From positions 1,674,001 to 1,738,000 of the forward strand of contig OZ251234.1 of the NCBI GenBank assembly GCA_965240325.2: a DNA stretch of 64,000 nt, written 5' to 3'. The DNA comes from Rebecca billardiae RCC1528 (Eukaryota > Protista > Haptophyta). This document shows, in pieces, positions 23,325 through 34,616 of the stretch (position 1 is its first letter; each line of letters starts with the position of its first letter). The position numbers and the translations under genes were made by a program. Below the pieces are notes generated by a model that made no database searches, was not told the origin of the DNA, and saw only the letters and a program-made list of their open reading frames with translations.

Positions 23325-23675
23325 TACGTTCGTTCTACGGAAAAGGACCGCGGAACGCGGTCATAGGGGACGAAAATAGCAATATGCATACTACAATCTT
23401 AGATACCATCATAGCCGGTATTAAGTCATAATGATTAATACATTGACGAGTGTATCATAGACGTTGATATATATGAGAAGTGCCCCTGCTTTATTATAAA
23501 GACTCATTATTGCATTACCTGTAAAATAGTCGTTGTATTCACGCCGATTAATACATGATCATACTGTAACGATACTATCATCATAGTACTAATAGTTGAT
23601 CCCTGCTTTCGCGCGGGCGGGCGCCGCCTCACTGGCCAGGGCGGTACGTGTACTACTAGCTTCCCGTCAAGGCCC

Positions 23676-26600
23676 ATGCGGGGCATACGCGCGGGCGCGG
23701 CGTTGGGGCTGCTGGTGACGGGCGCGGCGGCTCTGCCACGGGGTGTGATTTCGCGCAACTACGTGGCCACCATCTCGAACCCGACGATGATCGCAGGTCA
23801 GCGCGCGCGCGCGCTCGACGCGGGGCATCCCGAGGTGGCCAAGCTGGTGCGCGGCGCGACGTTCATGACGTGGATGCGCGTGGATGGGTACGAGTCCGCG
23901 TCTGGCGGGCCGCGGATGCACTTTCAGCTCGTTCGCTCGTCCACGTGCTGCTCCTTTGTGCCCTTCCAGTCGAACTCCGGCCACATGCTCTTCTCCACCG
24001 ACCTGCCGATTCGCTGGGATGCGCTGACCGAGCTCACGATCGAGTATGCAGAGCAGTGGCACCACTACGCGCTGACGTGGAACGCATCGGACGGGCGTGT
24101 GCGTGCGTACTTTGACGGCGTGGGCTACGACCTCGCCGACGACGTGCGCGGCTCGCTCATCGAGGACCGCACGTTTGCGACGCTGGGCGCGCATGTCTAC
24201 CCGGAGAACTCGGATAACCCGGAGCGCCACCAGATCGTCAACGACGAGTTCGCATTCCGCGGGCAGATGGACGACGTGGCGCTGTTCGGCGGGGCGCTCT
24301 CGGCGGAGCAGATCGCCGAGCGCTGGAACGCCTCGCTCACCGCGCGCCTCCGCGCCGGCCTCGAGCCAGACCTGCTGCTGCTGTACGACTTTGACCGGCC
24401 GCTCGAGTCGCCGCCCAACGCGACCGGGCCCTCGGCGGTCGTCTCGCGCGTCGAGCGGAACCTGGGCACGATCGGGGCGGACGGCGACCTGATGCTCGGG
24501 CAGATGACGCACGCGCACCCCGAGATGCGCGGCGCCGTCGAGATCTCGCGCTTCGAGGGCCACGTCCTCCAGCTGCACCCGCCGGAGCGCACGCCGCCGC
24601 CGCTCTCGCGCGACCCGCTGCGCAAGGCGGTCGCGGCCGATGCGCCGTACGTGGCGTGGGCGCGCGCGGGCGAGCGGCTGGCGCTCGTGCTGGACGACGG
24701 GCGCGTGGTCAACGTGAGCGCGCCCGAGCCCTTTGACGCGCCGCTCGCGCTCGAGCTCGACGGCGGCGCCACCGCCGTGCACGTGTGGCCGCTCTCGCCG
24801 CCGCTGCCGATGCGTGCGGACGGCGGCGCGCACATCTTCACGCACTTCACGATGGAGCAGGGAGGCCTCAAGCTGCTCGAGGTGTTCAGCGGCGGCGGCG
24901 CGCACGGGCAGCGGCAGCACGTGGTGGTGACGCGGCTGCCCGGGCGCGGCGCGCTCTTCGCCGCGGAGGTCCTCTCGGGGCCTCCCGCCGAGGGCACCTC
25001 AGCGGGCGGCTCGCAGCTGCCAGTCGTGCGCAGGGTGGGCGCGCGGCTCGGCGCGGTGGGCGCCGCGCTGCCGGGCAGCGCGCCGTACGTGTACTACCAG
25101 CCGGAGCCCGACGAGTTCGGCAATGCGTTCGACTCGTTCGGCCTCGCGTACGCGCTTACCGACGCGCCCGACCTGCGCAGCGCGACGATGAACTTCACCG
25201 TCGACGTGACGCCGTTCGACACGCTGCCGGTCGTCGAGCCGAGCGCGAGCGCCGGCGTGGACGAGGACGCGCCCGCGGGCGTGCGCGTCGAGCTGCGCGC
25301 GGGCAACAGGGAGGCGTCGAACCCGTTCGGGCTGTTCGTCACGCGGCTGCCCGCGAAGGGCGACCTCTTCTTCGACGACCCGTTCGCCGACGGCGCGCGC
25401 GTGCGCATCGAGGCGGAGCACAACCCGTACGCCGTGGGCGACGTGCTCACGCAGTACGCGCACGAGGTGCTGGCGGTTTCGTCGTTCTGGGGCACCGGCT
25501 CGTTCGGCGACTACCACCCGATCCAGCTGATCGGCCCGCCGTCGTGCAGCACCTACGGCGAGTGCGCGGCCGAGTTTCCCGACGGCGTGCCGCGCGTGGG
25601 CGAGCTGCTGTACCACCCGCCCTACCCCGGCGGCCAGCTCGCGCGCGTGCTCGACCTCGAGAGCGCGCCTGGGCCGGATGGGGACGGCGCGGATGGCGGC
25701 GGCGCGGGCGCGACGCGGCCGACGCACGCGCACATCGAGTACCTGCCGCAGTGGGTGCGCGACGCGGCGGGCGCGTGGGTGCCGTGCGTGATGGACCCGC
25801 GCGACGAGGCAGCCGCGTACCCGCGCGACTGCGCGCCCGTGCGGCGCGGCCAATCGCCCACGCCGCGCGCGCGCGTGCCGCTGAGCGCGGTGTCGCCCTC
25901 GGCGGCGGCGGTGTGGTGTCCGGCGAGCAAGGGCTTCATCGGCGCCGAGACGGTGTCCAACCCGGACAGCGGGCGGTGGGGCCCGCAGTTCGTCTTCGAG
26001 CACTCGCAGGTGCCCTCGTACCCGCAGCTCGGCGTGACCGAGTGGGTCGAGCTCCGCGTGCAGCAGGCCGTGTACGTCGTGAGCGCCGAGGTGGGCTCGC
26101 CGCGCGGGATGGGCGCCGTGGTGGGCGTGAGCGTCGGCGCGCCGGGCGGCGGCTGGACGCGGCTCTTCCGGCAGCCCGCGCAGCGCGCCGCGGTCGAGCT
26201 CGCCGCGAGCACGCGCACGTACTACGCGTGGACCGTGCCCGTGTGCCGCACGCACTTCAAGACCGACCGCGTGCGCCTCGAGCTCGACACGAGCGCAGAG
26301 TCCGGCATCGCTGATTGGAACTACGTCGACTATGTCGCGCTGATCGGGAGTACGACGCTGCAGAGCGCTGCGCTGCCGGTCGGCGTGCGCGAGGTGACGT
26401 ACGTGCCGCGTGCGAACGCGCACGGGTCCGACTGGTTCGCCTTCTCCGCCACCGACTGCCCCGGCCAGCCTCTACGCTCGGCGCGCGCCGACGGCCGCGT
26501 GGACGTGACGATCGCGCCGCGCAACGACGCGCCGCACGCGCATGACGTGCAGCTGAGCGTGATTGTGGATGAGCTGGTGGCCTTCGAGCTGCCCGCGGAC

Positions 26601-29435
26601 GACGTGGACGACGCGGGCGAGGCGGCCGGCTCCGAGGACGAGGCCGGCGCGCACTCGCTCGTGCTGCGCCTCGAGGAGCTCGAGCCGGACGGCGCGCAGC
26701 TCGAGCTCTTCGGCTCTGAGCAGCAGGCGCGCACGGCGGCCGGCGCGCTCGCCCTGCCAGCCGAGCTGGCCAAAGGCACGGCGACCGTGTGGGCGCGCGC
26801 GCGCGCGGCGGGCGAGAGCAAGCTGCGCTTCACGGCGAAGGACGCCGAGGGCGCGCGCTCGGAGCGGGCCACGGCCACGCTGCTCGCCGCCGTCAGCGTG
26901 GAGCAGGTCGAGTTCTGGCGCACGGCGCTCGTGTTCACCCTCGTGGCGGTGCTCGGCGCGTGCGTGGTGCTCGTGCTCTGCGTCGGCGGCTTCCGCGCGT
27001 ACGGGCGCGTGAGGGCCGCGCTCGACGCGCAGCGTGAGCAGGACGAGGCGAACGTGTCGCGCGTGCTCAACGCCCTCTCCGCCGTCGTCGAGCTCAAGTG
27101 CCCCGTCGTGCTGCTCCCCTTCGCCAAGCTGCGCGAGCTGCGCCGGCTCGCGCCGCACGAGCGCGTGCGCTCGGATCCCCTGCTGGTCACCCTCGACACT
27201 TACGAGGAGCTCACGGCCTTCTGCGCCGAGCACGAGACGGTGTTCATCTCGCACCAGGCGCGCGCGCGCGCGCGCTCGTCCGCTCCAGCTGCCCTCCGCG
27301 CCTCGGCCGCCCGTCGCGCCCTTCGCACCGCCACCGCGTCAGTCTGTCCGCCTGGCCGGGGTGCGCGCCGACCGCGCCTCGCGCCCGGCCGCGCGCCCCG
27401 CCCCGCGCGCAGTGGCTCGGCCACTCTGAGCCCGACCCCGACAACGTGCACTTCGAGGCGATCTGCGGCGCGTGCTCGGAGCTGTGCGCGCGCACGAGCG
27501 TGCCGCCCTCAGCGCTCTACGTGTGGGTGAGCCGCATGCGCCCGCCGCCGCGCGCGCCGTCGTCAGCCATTGCGAACGGCGCGGTCTGCACGCACTCACT
27601 GCCGCCGACGAATCAAGAGCCCTGCGCCGTCCTACCTGTGTCGTGAAATCAGAGATGAATTGGCCCAACGCCCGCGCGCGTGCCCGGCGCTCACGCGCGC
27701 GCGCCCACACCCACTCCGCCGCCACCGCCGCCCCGCACGCTTCGCGCGCAGATCGACTACCTCTGCATCCCACAGAAGAATGCCACCTCAAAGCAGCGGG
27801 CGATCGACACGCTCGCCGTGTGCGCCGCCGCGATGCGCAACTTCGTGGTGGTCGCGCCGCGAGCGACGCACGCCGACACGGGCGCGGAGTGTGGCGTGGA
27901 GACATACAACGTGCGCGCCGCCGCCGCGCCGCCGCGCCGCCGCGCCGCCGCGCCCTCGGCTGAGCCGAAGCCCGCCCGCGCGCTCCCTGCCCCGCGCGGC
28001 GCGCGCCCCGCGCGACGTTGCTCCCGCTGCTGTCGCACTCGCGGCGCCCGCGGCGCGCGGCCATCAGCTGCGAGGCTGGTGCCGGCTGGAGCAATGGGCG
28101 AGGCTCACGCTCGGCGGCGCGGTGGGGATGCACATGTGGGAGGGCTCGGACGCGGACGCCGTCGTGCACACCGCCGCTCACGTCGACGACGCGCGCGCCG
28201 CGCCGCGCAACGCCGCGCGCGAGACAGCGCCCTCGCAGCCCTCGCCGCTGCAGCCGCTGCACGCTCGCCCCGGCTGGCGCGACGAGGTGGCTCTGGTGCT
28301 GCATGGCGACTTCTCGCAGGAGGGCGACAAGCACAAGCTCGTCGACGCGATCATCGGGCTGCTCGTGCTCGCCAAGCTGCAGCACGTCGCAGAGCGGAAC
28401 GCCGGCGTCGCCGACGCCACCTCCGACGCCGCCCTCCTGGACGCAGACGCCGCCACCACCGAGCGCTTCTTTCCGCGAGAATTCTTTGGCGACCTGCTCA
28501 GCGTCGCTCGCGTCGCCGTGGACGCGCTCGGGCACGAGCTCGTGGGCGAAGCGGGCGGCACGGCCGCCGGCTCGATCCGCGGCGGGCTTGGCTCGCGCGA
28601 GCCGACGGATGAGGAGACGGGGCGGTCCCGCGCGCTCGCGTCGACGACGCGCGAGCGGGCCCCTCACGCAGGCACAGCTCACAGCGGGGCGCGCGCCTTC
28701 GGCCGCCGGTCGCGCTGGGGCCGTCGCTCGCTCAGTGAGGAGGGCGCGAGGCGGCACGTGGGCGCGGCGGAGCCCGCGGCGCGTGCGCACTCTGCGGCTC
28801 AGTGTGACGAGGAGGACCCGCACGCCTCGGCCGAATCCTTCTGCTCTGAGCGCGCGGTCGGCGCGCACGCGTCACTTGACTCGCCCCGCCGCACGCGCGC
28901 CTCGGCCGACGGGCTGGTCCAGCGGCTGCACAAGGCGTCGCCGCGCAGGCCGTCGGCTTCCGACGCGCTGAAGCGCTGGTCGGGGGCCGCCACGCAGCCG
29001 TGGCAAAGGACAGCCGCGCGCGGTGCGGAGGGGTGGCGCCTCTCATCCGCGCTCGGCTCGGCCGTGCGCCCGGAGCCGCGCGCGCGCGCGCCTCCACGCG
29101 TGATCACGGCCAACCACCTCAGTGAAAGCAGCCATGAGAAGATCTTGGCGATGGTGCGCGGCGGCGCACGCGGCGATCATGCGGAGGGAAGCTCGCACTC
29201 GAGCAGGCTGAGGAATCGGAGCGGCCAGCTGCGCTCACATGTCAATATGGTGAGGATCGCGGGGGGGGGGCGGCGTTGCGATTCCGCGCCGAGCAAGCGC
29301 GGTACGATCAGCAGCATGGCCACCAACAGCCGCGGCAGCACCTCCTCGCGCGGCCACTTCTCCATTGCGCGCACCGCCTCGGCCTCCAGCTTGTCAGGAG
29401 TGGTCGCGCCTGCCACCGACGACGCTGATGACTGA
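23676..29435 (+). CDS. Type I single-pass receptor-like protein: signal peptide, LamG-like, Ig/cadherin-like repeats with inserted galactose-binding-like domain, TM, cytoplasmic HET/TIR-like domain; ~1740 aa, 4 exons
   Basis: Exons 23676-27257, 27413-27526, 27752-27910, 28068-29435 (first intron GC-AG). LamG: WHHYALTWNASDGRVRAYFDG..FRGQMDDVALF. TM: ALVFTLVAVLGACVVLVLCVGGF. Spliced cytoplasmic motifs: VFISHQWLG, YVWIDYLCIPQ, YNLRGWCRLEQWA. Confidence 0.85.
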
Positions 29436-29652
29436 CCCGGCGGCGGCTGCCTGTCGTGAATGACAGGCGCCAGCGCTCCGCCGATCATCGGCGATCTCGG
29501 ACAGTCGGAGGCGCAGGCCGGCGGCGAACGGAGTGAGTGCGGACGGTGCTGAGTGACTTGACTGCAGCAAGTCTGACCGCGCGGCAATATAAGCCGCGTC
29601 GTTATTCCGCGGCCTGCCTTAGCAGCGTAGCAGTCAGTATACATATACAGTT

Positions 29653-29735
29653 TATGATCGGCTACGCCGATTGACTTCGGGTATATATAGTCGTAAACAA
29701 CGAATAAGTTGAGGGCGCACGGCCCTGGTCCTAGT
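29653..29735 (+). mobile_element. Helitron-like mini-element, copy 1
   Basis: ATCGGC-TAC-GCCGAT hairpin ... GGGC-GCACG-GCCC hairpin, then CTAG|T; aligns with 48265-48333. Confidence 0.55.
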
Positions 29736-29756
29736 TGGATCGCGAGTTCTACGGAG

Positions 29757-30170
29757 TCACCGAAACACAATGCGCGCGCCCGGCGCGTCGCCGTGCAGGA
29801 GGCGCGGGCGCGAGTAATCGACGCGATCGACGGCCTCGGGGGGCTGCGCCGTGTCGAACTCGACGCGCAGCAGCCGCAGCGCCTCCGCCCGGTGCGCTTC
29901 GGGCAGCCCTGCTGTGGCCGCGCGCAGCGCGGAGATCGCGCTCGGCAGCTTATCGCCCGTCTCAGCCTCGCACAGCCTCCGTCCGGCGCGCTCGGCCTCG
30001 GCGGGATCGGCGCAGCGTCGGACGATGAATGAGCTCGCAGCTCGTCGGCGGCGGCGGCGGGGAAGAGCGTCGCGAGCAGCCGCGGCTCGAGCCTGTCTAC
30101 GACCTCCCGCAGCCGCAGCAGCCGCTCCTTGCACGCCCTCGGCGTCTTCCCCTCGAATATGCGGGCACAA
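29757..30170 (-). pseudogene. Possible decayed gene fragment
   Basis: Protein-like segments in two frames (RIFEGKTPRACKERLLRLREVVDRLEPRLLATLF; LPSAISALRAATAGLPEAHRAEALRLLRVEFD) with no start codon or splice join. Confidence 0.3.
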
Positions 30171-30398
30171 TAATTAATGAGCTCCCCACGGCACGTGACC
30201 CCCTGAATTGCGACCTTTGTCTGTCGTCAGCCTCGCCGCCGCGTCGATCGATGCAGTGCGAGGGCCGCTGTGCGCGTCGGCGCCGCCGCGGGTGCTGTCG
30301 GCTGACGGCCTGGAGCGCGAGGGCGACTGCGAGCACGGGCGAGAGAGGAGCACGGCGTCGCCCGTAGTGTCACTTTACTGAGCCTAGTGATGGCTGTA

Positions 30399-30401
<3 letters not shown>

Positions 30402-30464
<63 letters not shown>
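30402..30464. repeat. (TA)n microsatellite
   Basis: Perfect dinucleotide run. Confidence 0.95.
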
Positions 30465-30473
<9 letters not shown>

Positions 30474-30823
30474 TACGTCATACGATATATATAGCGCGGT
30501 ATATTATTGAATATTAATTCGGTCGCCCGCGCGATCACTGATCAGTGTCTGATGACGACACTGAATAGTGACGGCGCACCTCGACCTAGTCAGCCGATAC
30601 TCAGGCTGAGTCTAAGGTACGCGCCACTGATTTGCGATTGAAGCCGCAGCGCAAGTATGGGCCATCCATGGCTGAATAACAGCGCAGCAAAGTTCTGCGC
30701 ACCGCAACCGATGGGATGCCGCGCCGATCACCGCAAGTAGTGGATGTCGCTCCTATCGTGGGTGCGTCATCGTCGACGAGCCGCATCCACGGTCAGCCCG
30801 GTGTCCCAAACCAGTAGGGCTGC

Positions 30824-31640
30824 CTAATCCTTGACGCCCAGCTCCATCCGGGCGAAGCGCGCGATCTTAATGTTCTCGCCGAGGGTCGAGATGGCCGTCT
30901 TGACGAGCGACTCGACATTCAATGACGGGTCCTTGATGTACGGCTGCTCGAGAAGGCACTTGGCCTTGAGCAGCTTGGTCAGGCGGCCCTCGACCATCTT
31001 GGCCTTGATGTCGTCCGGCTTGCCCGCCAGGTCCTCACTGCCCATCTCCAGCTCGCGCTCCTTCTCCTTGAACTCCTCCGGGATGTCATCCGGCGACACA
31101 AACTCCACGGTCGGCGATGCGGCGATCTGCATGGCGACGTTCTTCGCGAGCTCCTGGAACTCCGGCCGCTTCGCGACGAAGTCAGTCTCGCAGTTGATCT
31201 GCACGGGCGCGCGCGCGGGGCATGGACGCGCCGCGATTGTCGGCGGCTGTGGGCACGTGCACGCGCGCGCTGGTTCGGGCGGCTGCACTCGTACACACGT
31301 GACGCAGACGCTCACGCACCTCCACCATCACGCCCAGCTTGCCACCGGTGTGAATGTACGTCTCAATGACACCCTCGGACGTCGCCTTGTCTGCCCGCTT
31401 GCCAGCCGCCGCCAGGCCCTTCGCGCGCAGCGCATCCGCCGCCTTCTCCATATCGCCGCCCGCCTCAGCAAGCGCCGACTTGCAATCCATCATGCCCGCG
31501 CCAGTCTTATCGCGAAGCGCCTTCACGTCTTTCGCCGCGATGGCAGCCATCTGCACGCAGGGCGCGGACACTGCCGACCGCCGCCCCAACGGCGCGATTG
31601 GCGTGAACGCGAGCGCGGCCAGCGCGACCGTGAGCATCAT
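30824..31640 (-). CDS. tsf: Nucleus-encoded plastid elongation factor Ts, ~231 aa, 2 exons
   Basis: Exons 31640-31320 and 31198-30824. Motifs [58 protein letters not shown]. Short cyanobacterial/plastid type; bipartite leader [12 protein letters not shown]. Confidence 0.95.
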
Positions 31641-33481
31641 GACGGCGACAGATGCCTGCTCCCTTCCACGGCAGTGGCGCGTGCCGCGGCCGGACGAAGC
31701 TTCATCAAGCAGCGGCAGCCGCGCGGCCGCGCAGCCCTCGTGAATTCGCGGGCGGATTCGAGAGCCCTACGCAGCCAAAAAAAGACACGCGCAAAATGTT
31801 TTTCGAAAAACTTGCGGGGCAGGATGGCTACCGCCCGCCACCTAGAGGGCGAGCGCCCCTTGTCGGCGGACAGGGGCGGGGAGTTCAGTGTGCGTTCCGC
31901 CGTGTTCGCCGGGCACACGAGCTATGGCGGGACGCGTCACCATTCGCCCTTCCGACGCGATGCCCGCGTCGGCCCCGCAAGTTGCTCGGCAACGAATCAG
32001 GGACTGGATCGCTGCGTCACTGCGGTGGTTGAGCTTGATTTGACAGCCGCGTAGGCCATTGATATGGATGATAGCCCACCGTTGGGGAGGGGGGAGGGGG
32101 GAGGGGGAGGGGGGTTGAGCCACGGGGCATCAGCAGCAGCTCTGCCACTTAGCTCATCGCGAGCGAGACCAACCGACCAACTGTGTAGAAGCTGGATCGT
32201 CCAGCTGCTGCGCCGTCGGGGTTGCTCTGCGCGAGTTCCCAGCGGTGCTCTAGTATGCCCATAGCACCATGCACCCACAGCACACGGCAGGGTCCATATC
32301 AGGCTGTGACACGGCTGCGACGTCAACGACCAGTACTGCAACGACACACCGACAGCATTGACGACTGGAGCCTCATCCTCATAGCCATGCTGCTCATCCC
32401 TCGGGCCAGCAGCGCATTGCCGCCACCCGTGCCCAAGAGGACGGTGACCAGGGACGACGATTCTTACAGTCGTGCATGGCTACCGACTTTCCCCTGCTGC
32501 ACTGTGGACCGGCGGCTTGGCCACCAAGCCCTGAGTCGTCGTGGTCCTAGCGTTCGAGGCGGCTATGGCACTCTATCCCGCGCATAAAATCAGTCTTGCG
32601 GCACCTTGTCTGGTCGCGGGGTGGCACCCAACTCGCGGCAGCAGATCAGAATGTCGTAGCCTCAGCATCATCAACGACAATGTTGATCAGCGATAGGTCA
32701 TCGTCATTTCCTGAGTACGATGATGCGCCGTGCTACAGTAGGTGATACCCCCCTCCACCCCGTCTGATCCATCATTTTCTCTTCACCGCGTTTTGCAGTC
32801 GCCCCCGACTGCGGCTGCGTTGGCTGCGGGCACACTGGTACTGCACTGCGGACAGGCAGCGCAGTGCCGCCCACAGCCATTCAATCACGTCACGGTGACG
32901 GTGGCTGTCGACTTGACGCCTGCACGCATCGCTAGAATGAGCCCCGGACCGCTCTGACTCGGAACAGCGCGGCGTGAGTGACTGATGGGGCTCAGTGATG
33001 CCTGGCGATCGATAGCCAGCTGGCCAGGTGAGTGACCCGGTCCCGGGGCCGGCGTCGGCAATGGGCCGTGGGCAGGCCGCTGCGGGCACACCGGAGCAGC
33101 CCGCGGTGTCCCGCGGCCCGCGGGGCGGGAGTCTCGGCCACCGTGAGCGGTGCAGACCCGCGGCCCGGGGTGAGTCGGCCCGGGGTCAGCACGATGACGA
33201 TGGCGTTATTTGGACTCCTACAGGATCCTAGATGGCCGCCTGCTAGCTAGCAGTACTTGTTGCCCTACAACGTCGTCTGTCCGGCTTCGTCACTCTATCA
33301 CTGATGCGTGATCAAGCTAGTAGTCGGACTCGTGCTGCTCTGAGCTTCGACGCCGATCAGGAAGTGCCTGCACCGCGCTGTGACCGCAGCCCAGCATGGT
33401 GAAAACAGGCCGCTGCCCTCTGCTCGAGCGAGACGGTTCGCCCTGTATGCGGCGCTTAGAGCGCATCGATCAAGCTTGTCG

Positions 33482-34129
33482 CTAGCCCGAGGTCGAGCCG
33501 TCTGGGTCGCTGTCCGCGTGGAAGGCGCCGTTAGGCCGGAGACACGCCGGGGAGCAGCTGCTCTGCGCCACGCTGTCGGCTGTGTGCGCGAGGAACGAAG
33601 CCGAGCATGCAGGTCGCTCCGCACTAGATGTGCGGCCGGTGGCGGGCGCTCCCGTGAAGTTCGATTTTGGCAGCTCGCCGAGCTCGCTGAGCGATGACGC
33701 CAGCGTGCGCACGCGTCGCGGAGGCGATAGTGGCACGTCGGCATCACTCACGTAGGCCTGCCGAACCTCGTCCCAGCCGTTGATGGCGGACAGCGCCTTG
33801 CGCACATCGCGGTAGAAGGCATGGAAACGGAAGGAATCGCCCCTGAGTCGCCGGATGTCTAGGCAGAGCAGGTCGTTCTCGCTGTGCTGAACGATGAAGA
33901 TGACCACCATCTCGTCGTCCGCGCCATGCGCGCTGGCATGCGCGCGTGCGACAACCGTCGCGGGAGGCTGGAGCTCGTAGGAGAAGCCGAGCTGTGATAC
34001 CGCGTCGGTGATTGCCGCAACAAGGACCTCTGGCCGTACATTGAGACAGTCCCAGCCGAGCGTGCGGATCCGCCTCTCCCGGTCGAGGAGCGGCTGCGGC
34101 TCTCTCCGGTGCACCTGCGAGAAGAGCAT
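33482..34129 (-). CDS. Stand-alone KA1 (kinase-associated 1)-like domain protein; 5' end uncertain
   Basis: PEVLVAAITDAVSQLGFSY...LCLDIRRLRGDSFRFHAFYRDVRKAL matches the KA1 pattern; no kinase domain seen upstream. Confidence 0.6.
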   Translation of the reverse strand: MLFSQVHRREPQPLLDRERRIRTLGWDCLNVRPEVLVAAITDAVSQLGFSYELQPPATVVARAHASAHGADDEMVVIFIVQHSENDLLCLDIRRLRGDSFRFHAFYRDVRKALSAINGWDEVRQAYVSDADVPLSPPRRVRTLASSLSELGELPKSNFTGAPATGRTSSAERPACSASFLAHTADSVAQSSCSPACLRPNGAFHADSDPDGSTSG

Positions 34130-34616
34130 CGACGCGGGGCGGACTGGCTGCGAGTTTCTCGCGGCTTCGGTTGGTGCCACCTAATTGGGGCGGTCAGGTG
34201 AGCTTCTAGCAAAATCGACAACGCTTCAAGGACGTTTCCCCCGGTACCCAATAGTAGACTTGTATTTTGCCTGATTCTATCGGCAGGTCATCCAGCCCTA
34301 ATCACTTCTAACCGGCCGGGTACTAGTATCGGATGAAACAATCAAGAGATTCAGACTTCAGAGCGCCATACGGTAATAATATGTCATTGCGCGACATGTC
34401 GCTCAGAACTACTCAGAAGCGGTTGCCCGGCTATAGATAGACAGTACTAGTAGTATCTGCACGTATCTCCCCTTCACTATCTCCCTTGGCCGAACCGGAA
34501 GGCGGGCGAAGCGTGCATCCGGACCCTCCGTTGGAACACCCGGAGTTTCGGAGCAGCGCACCTTCGTGTCGCTCCGTTGCCGTGCTCGCTTTCGTTTTGC
34601 GCCCGTCCGAGTGCGC

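Noticed and set aside
32083-32114. G-quadruplex-forming (GGGGGA)n tract
   Set aside because: Common simple repeat in high-GC DNA with no evidence of function.
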